A stretch of 64,000 nucleotides of DNA. It comes from Ministeria vibrans ATCC 50519. Taxonomy: Eukaryota > Protista > Filasterea. Shown one piece after another: positions 53,401-64,000 of this stretch. The notes under the pieces are model-generated. The model was given only the letters and a program-made list of their open reading frames with translations, was not told the DNA's origin and did no database searches. The DNA lies in NCBI GenBank assembly GCA_943704425.1, contig CALSCP010002128.1:1-64000 (forward strand), in the 5' to 3' direction. A program made the translations under genes and the position numbers. Position 1 is the stretch's first letter. Every line of letters starts with the position of its first letter.

Positions 53401-56400
53401 CACATTGTCAAGTCCATCGAGCGACGAGAGCGCTCCGTTCGTCTCCAAGGTCAAATTTCCATTGATCGACGTGAGTCCCGACAAACCCTCAATGGAGGTG
53501 AGTGCCGCATTCGAGCGCAACACCAGTCCACCAACATACTCAAGATTTGCGAGTTCATCCAGCGTCGCCACATTCGAGTGGGCTGTGTTCTCCAGCGTGA
53601 ACACCCCAGTCACGCGGCGCAGCGTCGACAGTACCGCCAACGACGTGATTCCCTGACTGGACGGCGGCGAAATGGTCACGTCGCCCACAACGACTTCGCA
53701 GTTGCTCAATTCCGATACAAGATCCGCTTGTGACAAAATAATACCCCCCACAACACACGGAATGAATGTCTCACACAGAGTCCCCGAGCGACGAGGTGGA
53801 CATGTGCACGTGAAAGAGACAAAGCCAGCGCTGTGAACCACTTCAACACAGGTCGCACCCGACGTGCATGGCGACGAGAGACACGGCTCAAATAAATCGG
53901 CACAGACCTCGCCGACATATTGCGTCGCGGAACAGTCGCACACAAACGACAGGACACCGTCGGTACACACGCCACCATTCTGACAAGGCGACGAGAGACA
54001 CTCGTCAATGGCTACGTCACATTGGTTCCCAGTAAAGCCGGTGTCGGTGCAGTTGCACACGTACATGGAAAGCGACGGTGTTGTACACAGACCCGCGTTG
54101 CGGCATGGACTCGACGCACACTCGTCAATGTCCGTATCGCACGTGACACCCGTGAAGCCTCCGATGCAGGTACACATAAAACCGCCGCCAGAGGAGGCCG
54201 GCAACGGTGTGCACGCGGTCGACGAGGCAACTGCACAGGGCGACGAAGCACACTCGTCAATGTCCACGTCGCATGCAGCGCCCGTGAGACCAGTGGGACA
54301 CAAACAGGTAAAGGAATCACCATTGGCAATGCACACGGCGTCACCCGAGCACGGCGCGGTACTACACGCATCAATTTGCGTACATCCAGGCGCGCCCGTA
54401 AACCCCGGTGGGCAAAGACACTCATCGGCCAAGCGCATGTCCACCCACCATCGGCGCAAAGAGCCTGAATCCACATTATAATTGTCGTGGATCCCCAAGA
54501 TAATATTGCTATCAGTCATCTGACAGTCAAACACCGACAAGGGTGTTTCGGGTCGGTAGTTTCCCGTGTAGGGTGCAATGCCTGATGAAATGGGTACACC
54601 GGCTCGATCCGAAAACACCGTCGTCACCATATTATCGCCTGCATTGCCGCGATTCTCGATCAGCACCGAGTTCTGATTCCCATGATACAGTGTCAGAGTG
54701 AGATCACCCATGTATGAGTGATACAGCAGGTCGACGGTCACTTCCAGAAAGGTAATGTACTTGTTTGCGGGCAGATTCAGTGTCGAGTAGACAGTGTCTG
54801 AATCCAGAATGGCCAGATTTTCAGTTTTGGTGAGCCGGACGCCTTCAATTTCGCAGAACCAGCCAAAAAAGGGCGACTGACAGCGACACTCAAAGGAAAC
54901 GGCGCCTGCCGAGCGACAGGTGCCCCCATTGCGACAAGGATTGCTCAGACACGCGTCGGTAGGCGTCTCGCAATGATCACCGACATAATTTTGCGAGCAC
55001 TGGCAGGTATACGCCAAGTGAGATGGCAGACATGTGCCGCCGTTCTGACATGGATTCGAGTCACAGCTGCGCAAGTCCTGCTCACAAAGAGCGCCCGATA
55101 ATCCCGACGCACAGAAACACGCAAACAGTCCGGTGAGTTCGTCGACGTGACACACACCCGCGTTCTGACACGGACTCGATAAGCATCCATCGCTGAGCTG
55201 ACATTGCGAGCCGGTAAATCCCTCGACACAAAGACACGTCGTGTGTCGCTCCGCAAGTGGAATGACCATGTTATCTTCAAAACACGAACCACCATTCTGA
55301 CACACCGTATGTGCACACGTGCTACCCGTGTTGCCCGAGGGACAGTCCACCGGACACGAGATTGTGTTTTCACCACCAAGGCAAAACCCGTCGCCACAGG
55401 TGAGCGACGTCACAGCGCCAATGGAGATCGAGCTGAGTCCCCACTGACCCGTTGTCGCATCCATGCGGGGCTGCCACCAGCGCAGACGCACACCCTTTAC
55501 ACGAGCACTCGCAGGTAGCACCACCTGCGCCAGGTTGAACGAGGCGTACGCGCTCGCTTCGAGCTGCTCGATCTTCGTCCAGAGTGCCCCGCCGTTGGTC
55601 GAATAGAAAAGTCCCACCCAGGCATCGGAGGCGGCGGCCGGAGGTACACACACCCCGGCAGCCAAGTCGCCGGATGTGCTGCCAATGCGCAGGGCAAACT
55701 GCACCGATGTCACCGACGTGAGATCCATGTCGACAGTGTCGAGGAATCGTGCTTGAGTGCCGTTAAAAAGCGCCACACCACTGGAGCTGCAGAGGAATCC
55801 AAAAGCAATGCCGGGTGACCAGTCACTAAAGTGCAACGAAGAAATCGACCCAAAGCCCGTCACCGAAAGGTAAGTGGGCAAAGCACGCGACACGACCGCA
55901 CACGACGAGCCCGAGTAGCCGGCGTCGCACTCGCATCCGCCGTTGCATCGACCGTGTCCATTGCACATGTCGGGACACGTGCTGAACGCCCCAAAGGCAA
56001 AGTCGCCAACGACGATAGCACGCGACTCGGCTCGTGCCGCCTCCACTTGTGCACCACTCGCGTCGTTCAGACGCACACGGACTCGCACACGTTCCTCCGC
56101 CGCACCAAACAGAATCGGCAACAACACACGCTTGGAAGCAAGAGAGGTCACTCCTGCAACGGCACCGTTGCCCGCGACATCACAGCTCGCGTCCACGCAC
56201 GTCGGTGTTGCTGTCCACGTGACACCTCGATCCGTCGACATTTCCACCACGGCAACGAGCTCTCCGTCGCGAACAGGAACACTCGCAGGACAGCGCGAGA
56301 ACAGATTAAACTGCACAAAGCCCGTGGCGGTCGGCACAGTGCCCACCGTCGCCGAGGTCCACAGGCGTATCGAGTCTATGGCCCACACGTCCAGTGTGCC

Positions 56401-59400
56401 ATCCGTGACTCCGGCCTGACTCCAAATCAGCTGAGTGCTGGCAGTTCGCGCAGCCGCCGGCAGCGCCACCGAAATGGTGTTGGTGCCACCAAACTCACTG
56501 CGTCGATAGGTTCCCAAAGACAGGGTGGACGAGCCACCGTCGAGCGAGTATTGCAGCTCAACGGGCTTGTTTTCGTCGACTTCGGCGCAGTTGGGACCAC
56601 CCGTGCCGTCGGCAAGGTACAACCAAAAGGTCACATGGTTAACCGAGCTCAAATCAATGTTGGTGGTGCGTGCAATGCGCGTGAGGAAGCCTGAGACGCG
56701 AAAGAGCAAAGCGTTGCCGTTAACCCCCTCTTGCCCACATACCTGCGATGGCGAGGCGCCTTGCACAAGTGCCCACTTGCTCGAATCAATAAAGCTCGAT
56801 GAGAAAGTGTCGTAGCTCGTGCTGCTCTCAGTCAGGGCAAAGCCTGTCGAGGCGTCCACATCAAGTGTGACCATGGGCACCACATCGCCGTCGAAGCCGG
56901 ACACAAGGGCGTTCACAAGATCCACGCCAGGCCGTGAAACACCACAGGCAACGGTTGTGTCGGTCGTGTTGGTGGGCGCCAAAAACTGCCAGACACTGTC
57001 GTCCACCGACTCCACCGATGCAATGAGATTGTCGTGCATTGACCGCCGCAACACGGATGTGTCGCCCAGGTAGACGTTGTCCAGGTGCCAGGAGCCAAAG
57101 ACGACGCGTGCCGGACGAAGTGTCCACATGAAACGCACGGATCGGTCGCGCGCCACGAGCGGCAGCGTGATGGAGTGATGACCCGACCGCGAGAGCGACT
57201 CAATCGTGGTCCAACTCTGACCACCATCGAGAGACGACGCCACAGAAATGGCACCCACCGTGTTTGGTGGTAGTGACACAGAGCACTGTGCATCGGAGAC
57301 AGTCGGCAACTGAATGTCAAACTCCATCATCGACATGAGGGTTGTGTCTAGGTCGGGTGTGACCGCATGCGTGAGCATATCATTGTAGCGGAATACCACC
57401 TGCTGACCCGATGTCAGTGCACATGTGTCGTTCTGCGAGACCACTGCCCCGCCAGTCAGTAGCTGAAATCCAGCCATGGCGCCCAACGTTGAGTCGCGCG
57501 AAGGCCAGTCAAATGTGGAGCGGAACGAACGTGTCGACAACGTGCCTGTTTCCACAGTACACGCGGGCAGAGCATAGCCCGCGTCGCACAGACATTCGCC
57601 TGATGGCTGACACATGCCATGGCCCGAGCAAAGACTGGGACAATCGCTGCCCACATACAAGCGCTGAAGAGCCCACGTCACCGCGACCTGAGGACCACTC
57701 GTTTGCCACACTCTCACCAGTGTTGCGTTCGAAATGGCCAATGGAAACTGAACAAGACGAACGCCCGTCCACTCATGGCTTGACCACGACGACGGAAGTG
57801 ACCATGTCGCCGACGTGACCGACGTGGGACCACAGTCACCGGCGGCCGCATCACAATCGTCAATGAGGTCGCGCCACGTCGCACCCGAGTCCACCGAGTA
57901 CTGCGCCGCGACGCGCAGCGTTCCTTGAGGTGACACTGTCGTCGTTGAAGGGTTCGCAGCCACACACGAAACCGACAGGTATGCCTGGAAGAGACCGTTT
58001 GGAAGCGGCGAGAGCATCTCGCTCGTGATACCGCGGGGTACTGGAAGCAAATAGCCGTTGGGCAGGGATGCTGCACTGGCCACAAGAAGTGTCTCTTGCG
58101 CAGCAACATTCGCACAGATACTCGCGGCAAGCGCACTCTCCATGTTCGACTCGAACAACACAGTCGTCTTTGACATGTCGCCAGGAATAGTCGCGGACAC
58201 CAACACGGCCGATCCGTCCACAAGCTGTGGTTCCATGCCCACATAGAAGTTATCAATCTGCCAAGGGACTGTGCGGGGCGACGCCCCCGAATCAACAGTA
58301 AACCAATCGCTGGGAGCCTCCCAGGAGAGCGAGTTAAAAAGTGTGACGTTGGTGGAAACAATCGCGGCCGATTCGGCCGTTGCAAACGGTCCAGCTACCA
58401 GAAAGTGGAAGCTCGCGCCACCTGTCTGCTCGAAATACTCGAAGAGCATAAAGTATGTTTGTGTCGTGTCCAAGTACACGGGAGTCTCACCCACATGTGT
58501 CTCGCTATTGCTCGGCTCCCAGAACTCAACGATAAGACGCTCGTTCAGGTAGATACGGACACCGTCATCCGCAATGGAGCCAATGACGTACCAACCAGTC
58601 GCGTTGGGTCGAAGGAAACTCTGCATGCGCACTGAGAAATTGTCGGTCACCCTAAGGTCCAGCTGTGTAGGAGCACCGGTCGTACCGGGCAACCGTGGCG
58701 ACGACAAGATGACCTCGCTAGCGGCGGGACTCTGCAGGTTCACGTTGGTGTACGAGGTCGCAAGGACACCAGGAACATCAAAATCGCCGACGAGGTGAGG
58801 CAGCCCAAGTGCTTCGTTGGCCGCCATCTGTGGCCCACGCCATCGCAAAGACCATCGCCATGGCCCCTTGTCGTTGCTGTACGACAGGAGCAGAGGGACG
58901 CTCGTGTTGGCCGCAAGCCAAATGGGAAGAGGCTCTTGCTCCACGAAAACGAGCCCATCCCAATACTTGTTGGCAACTAGCACGTGGTCCACGTAAACAC
59001 TCGCCTCTCCAATGGAATCCACCGTAAACATGTAGTATCCATCGCGAGGAGGTGTCAAAGTGGCCGTGTACCTCGATTCGATCTTGGAAAGACAGCTGGT
59101 AGTGGACACAGGCAAGCACGAAGTGAGCGACGTGTGGTCTTCACTAAGAAAAGCGACAGCACCCGAGCCAAGTGATGGCAACGCGTCATTAGACTCGGCG
59201 TGGATCGCGGAGGCTGCAGTGGACGTGGACCGCGAGCGCAAACGCAGTCGTACCGCGCGACCTCGCGCATCCTGCGGAAGCCCCACATGGATGGGTTTGG
59301 CATAGGAAGCCTCGTTGGCGGACAGCTGGTGCAGCAAAGTCCACGTGACGCCACCATCCGTGCTAAACTGCACCAGAAGTCGCTCGCCACCGAGACGCGC

Positions 59401-62400
59401 TGTAAAAATGACGCTCGTGGCCAAACGCAAGTCCATGTCCACTGTGACAAGCATGTCCGCGAGCGAGAGCACCGAGTTATCATCAAGTCGGGTCGATGCA
59501 AGGGTCACAATGCTCGTGGCATTGTCACTCGTGAGCCACACCCCGCTGTTTTGCAGGAGAGTGCCCGTATCGAATGTACTTTCGAGTGACGTCGTGGACA
59601 GCGTACGCGAGCATATGTTGGTACCGTTGTTAAGGGTGTACCCCTGATCACAGACGCAGCTGCCAGAGACAGAGCAGCGGCCAAAGCCACCGCAGTAGTG
59701 ATGACAGTCACCCAAAAAGAGTGTCCCAATGGCAAATTCACCGGCACGCTGCAGCGAAGTGAACCGAAACATGACAGAGCTGCTCGAAGCAACTGGAGCA
59801 ATCTTGGCGAGAGGTATAGTCGCACGGCTCCATCGGGAGCCACCGCCACGAACGTGGGCACGCTCATAGAGGGCACCATCGGGCTGTGCCGAGCTGCATA
59901 TCGACAGCGACTGCTGACTCACTGTCATGCACTCGCTGCCCAGCGGCAGCCACGAACGGCCCATGTCTGTACTGTACTGCACCAGGAGATCCACTGAGGA
60001 ACTCTGCGCACACCCCAGATTGTAGTGGAATTGTAGCACTGCATTGGGACGGGACATGTCGAGGGGCCAGGTGACAAGCTCTGGCTGAGCGTCACTTCCG
60101 GTTGTGGCCGTCGAGAACACCAGCGCATTGGGGGCGGGCGAGCCGCAAAAACTCGAGGCAACCGCTCCGTTGGTCATCGAAAACAACTGTGTGGGTACCA
60201 GCGTCGCAGTCGAGGTCGTGTTCAGACTGAACTGCGTTGAGGGCACCAAGCTACCGCCCACACGAAGATGGTCAATGGTCCAAGCATTCGAGAAGTTGGC
60301 ATGATCCACGCGCAGTTGGGCAATGCGGAAGCGCACTGCCGGACCGCGCGCCTCACTCGCAATGGGCACGCTCAGCACACTGGCAAAGCCCTGGGGCACT
60401 TCATCGAGCAGGGTGTGTCGCGAATACGACACACCATTGTCTCGTGAGTAGAGCAGAAGCAACGGCGCGTAGGTGTGGGTAACATACTCGCTCGCACAGC
60501 CCGACATGTTGCCAATGCGCATCGAAATAAACTGAGCATTGCGAGAGTCCATGGCGGCAGTGGTGACGTGACGTTCGCCCGCCTGGTCAAAGAGCAGGTA
60601 ACCACCACCGGCGCCAAGTTGCGTGGCGCTGCAGGTGTACGTCACCATCTGTGGATCGGTCACGATGACAGCGCCGCGCAGGCGATCCATCGAGATCGCC
60701 GTGCTCTGCATGGCGACGCTTGTGTTCGCCCAGTTAAAGTCCTCGGCAAGCGCAGTCGGCCGTGCTGTTGCGTACTCGCACGTGGTGGTGTTCACTTGCA
60801 CCGCATTTGCATCGCATACACACACACCCGAGGGAGTGCAACGGCCAAGCCCGTTGCAATAGCCCGGACAGCTATTGCCCACATACCAGTTGCGCATGGC
60901 AAACTCGTTGGCGGAGGTCAGACCCGTTGCATATGGCTGTGTGACACGGAAGCGAAGCGTCGACGACAGTGGCTCATCAAAGCGCTCCACAAGTGGCACG
61001 GTGAAGCGACGCCACTCGCTAAACTGTGTGGGAAGCAACACGGGCGACGACTGGTCAAAGTAAAGCTGGCACGCCTCGAGGTCGCAACCCGTCTCGGAAT
61101 ACACGGGCGTCCAGGTAATACCCAGGTCTGCTGACTTCTCCACCACTATCGCATCGGCAGCGGTGGCAGAAGGTGCCACATTCGTGCTAGCACACGAGCC
61201 AACTCGTGCATCAAACTGAAGAGTCGTGCCAGCCGCATTCACGGATGGATCGGCCACGCCGGTAGATACCTCAAAGACCGCAACGGCCTCAATTGAGTCA
61301 ATCGCAAACGAGTCAATGAACGCCGCCGAATAGGCGGTCTGCTGCCAACGGAAGGAAACCGATGCACTCTGCGCAAGCGGATTACGCCCCACAAGAGAAT
61401 ACGTCACGGTGCGTTGGGAGGTAACTCCATATGTCGCAATGACAGTGAAGGTGGAGCCAATCACGTAGCCAAATTGAAGGTACTCCTGAGATGAGGCATC
61501 GGGTGTTTCGCAATCTGTAAAAGAACTGGCGGGTGCCATGATGACAAACGAAATGGTGGTCCAAAGACGCGTGTCAAACTTGACCGTCTCCAACACGCGC
61601 GCGCTGCTGCCGGTAAACTGAAGAAAGTTACCGGTGCCCAAAGCACAGCCGGCGTTACCATTGTAAATAGTGGTGCCAGAGTTGACGGCAAAAACACTCG
61701 AGGGAACTCCCGCTGTAAAATCAGCATTAAGCACAACCTGCCTCTGCTGGTCGAGACGGAAGACACTCTGCACAACGGCAGGTGTGGTCTCAAACATGCG
61801 TACGCCTGTGGTGCCGGCAAAAACAGCAGCCGGCTCGCTCGAACCACAGTAGTCACTCGCAATGTCTCCGTTGGGTTGGAAAACAGAGACTTCGGGACGG
61901 AATTGCGAGACGAAATTGTCGTTGAGAATCTCCGCAAGAAGATCGAGCTGGCCCACAAACAGATTATCAATGCTTATAATCACCCCCCTGTGAGTAACAG
62001 GGTCCACTGCGGTAATGTTGAAGTCGAATCGAATTCGTGTCGCTGCGCTTCTGGCGCCCACCGGGAGAGCGACGTACACATTGGTAGCCGGCGCGTGGGG
62101 CTGGAGCTGAATCGTAGCAAGGCTCACATAGTTGATGCCGCCATTCGCCGAGTAGAGAATCTCCATGGGAGGCGGAAGGTCAGTCGAGGCGGTGCACGGA
62201 ATGGCGCGCAGCTGCACTGACGTGGCGCTCGTCGTGTCCAGATCGCGTGTCTCAAGACGGCGCAAGTATGGTCCGAAAATCGCCAGCTGAGTGTTGTCGG
62301 CGAGTGGACCGCAACCACTGATGGACAACCCACTGTCGCCGATCAAGGGGTAGAACACAGTTGACGTATCAAAAGTGAGGAATTCGTCCTTGAGCTGCGA

Positions 62401-64000
62401 AGACAAGGGCGACACAAGCTGGCAACCATTGTTGCCGTCCGCCTCAAAGCCCACATCGCACTCGCACACTCCATCGGCACGGCACGAGCCGTGTGAGGCA
62501 CACAACTCCTTGCACGTGGCACCTAAGTAGAGGTTGCGCAACGCCCAGGCGGACGCTGAGTCGAACCCCGTGAGCGACGGAGGCACAGCAATGCGCACAC
62601 GAAGCGAGCTGACACCCGCCGGCATCATGTACGTGCGACGGTAAAAGTTGTTTTGGTTGGCGGCGCCTGTCTCACGACCAAATTCGGTCCAGGTACGGCC
62701 CTGGTCGGCCGAGTAGGTAAGAATCAAGGGTTGCATTTCGCCAGCGTCCGCGCGGCTGCACCCCATGCCCAACTCAAATTGAAGAACGCCACGACTCGCA
62801 CTGGTCGTCGCCGACAGGTCCACGCCAATGGTCTCAATATGCTGCTGACTGGGTGCAACTGAGTTGAACACCAGTGCCGATGTGTTGACAGTGTCCGGGC
62901 AAAACACGGTGCGTTCGCCGCCCGGCCAAAACTCATACTGATTCGTGGTGAGGCCCATTTCGTAGTCGTCGTACAGGTCCGTCATAGAGGGTTCGCCCAC
63001 AAAGAACTGATCAATGGCCCACGAGTTCTCGACATCCAGTGGGCTCGTGGGCACACCAAACTGTTGGAGTCGCAGACGCAACGACGAAACACGCGCGTTG
63101 GCCGGGAGATCTAGCGTGACAAGTTGACCCTGTTGGGTGGTGGTGCCCAGCGAGGCGACAGCGCCCCACCAGACACCGCCGTTGGTCGAGTACATCAGGT
63201 CAACAATACGGCTGGTGGGCGCTGTCGAGTCGTTACCAAAGGCTCCAAAGGACAGGTAAAACTGCACAAAGTGGGCGCTGGTCGCATCAAAATCGATAGT
63301 CTCCAACACACGGTTCGATGGGTCGCCCGACATGTCCATGTACGCACCATTGAACCCATAGAGATACTGTGGCAAATGCCGCTGGACAGCTGCACCACCC
63401 GAGATACGAGACCAAATGAAGGCGTCCGATTGAGCAGAAGGTGACGAGGCAAAATCATCACGGAGAATCGAGCGCAGGGGCGCGGTCGGCACACACGATG
63501 CACTCTGCAGAGTGTAGCCTGCGTCGCATTGGCACACTCCCGTGAGACAGGAACCATGACCGTTGCAAAAGCCTGGGCAATCGCTGCCCACATACAATGA
63601 TTGAATTGACATGGGCGCGGCATTGGCAGGCTGCTGGATGCGCAGACGGCCCGTGGCAGGCGCTTGTGAGGGTACGGGGAGAATGACACGCGAGAGTTGA
63701 GGCACCTCGGACGAATCTAACTGGCTGACCATGGGTGACCAGAACAACGACGTGTCGCCTGGGCTGGGGGGCACAGGAAACTCGGAATAGAGGCTGGCAA
63801 ACGAGACACCTTGATCGGCACTGACAAGAACCGAGAGGGCCGAGTCTTCGCGTCTGGTGGAGTTGAGAGGGAACGCTTGAGCACACTCGCTCGCATTGCC
63901 TCCGACCGCAACATTTAGCTCGATAAACGAACCGTTGGCCGACGGTACAATAGACGGTGCGGCGTAGTTGAAGGTAATGTCGGAAATGGACCAGTCATCA
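47448..64000 (-). CDS. Giant receptor tyrosine kinase with Reelin-type repeats, PA14 x2, EGF arrays, P-proprotein domain, receptor-L/LRR region, sushi x2, ZU5-like segment, TM and TK domain; 5'-partial
   Basis: Frame stays open from 63999; ORFs 51067-63774 and 48728-51496 join in frame once the 209-bp gap+duplicate is removed; phase-0 intron 48733-48513; kinase exon has GKGNFG, CAVK, HRDLAARN, DFG, LPVRWMAME. Confidence 0.9.
50345..51745. repeat. Near-identical 699-bp tandem duplication of a 6-EGF block, plus N gap at 51537-51633
   Basis: Shadow ORFs 50364-50624 and 51063-51323 are near-identical at a 699-bp offset; 51634-51745 repeats 51425-51536. Confidence 0.9.

Noticed and set aside
48728-55300. 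Notch orthologue
   Set aside because: EGF arrays are Notch-like but there are no LNR/NOD or ankyrin repeats, and the intracellular part is a tyrosine kinase.

Overview
A gene-dense, intron-rich eukaryotic window (GT-AG introns, many (AG)n/(TAA)n/polyA tracts, three N-gaps). A true receptor tyrosine kinase plus the centriole genes CEP44 and SSNA1 point to a flagellated unicellular holozoan; this is inference and the species cannot be named. Gene order: partial secreted protein, ATP5PO/OSCP, RapGAP-LIM protein, REC114, GT47 exostosin, 3' half of SMPD4 abutting the 5' half of a kelch-repeat receptor kinase (probable misjoin at a microsatellite), AP2M1, MCM10, INCENP, CEP44, SLC35F6-like transporter, ALG11, then a four-gene block (sirtuin, caspase-like peptidase C14, TIR protein, TPR-HET-TPR protein), a JmjC protein, a Cys-rich orphan, SSNA1, presenilin, and a >5,300-aa receptor tyrosine kinase that runs off the window end. 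Two candidate undescribed systems stand out. (1) The giant RTK has an ectodomain of Reelin-type repeats with inserted PA14 domains, a P-proprotein domain, a receptor-L/LRR region, sushi domains and Notch-like EGF arrays, and lies tail-to-tail with presenilin. (2) A compact, mostly intronless SIR2-caspase-TIR-HET cluster resembles an NAD+-linked innate-immunity/cell-death island. All calls come from motif recognition by eye; no searches were run and some exon boundaries are approximate.
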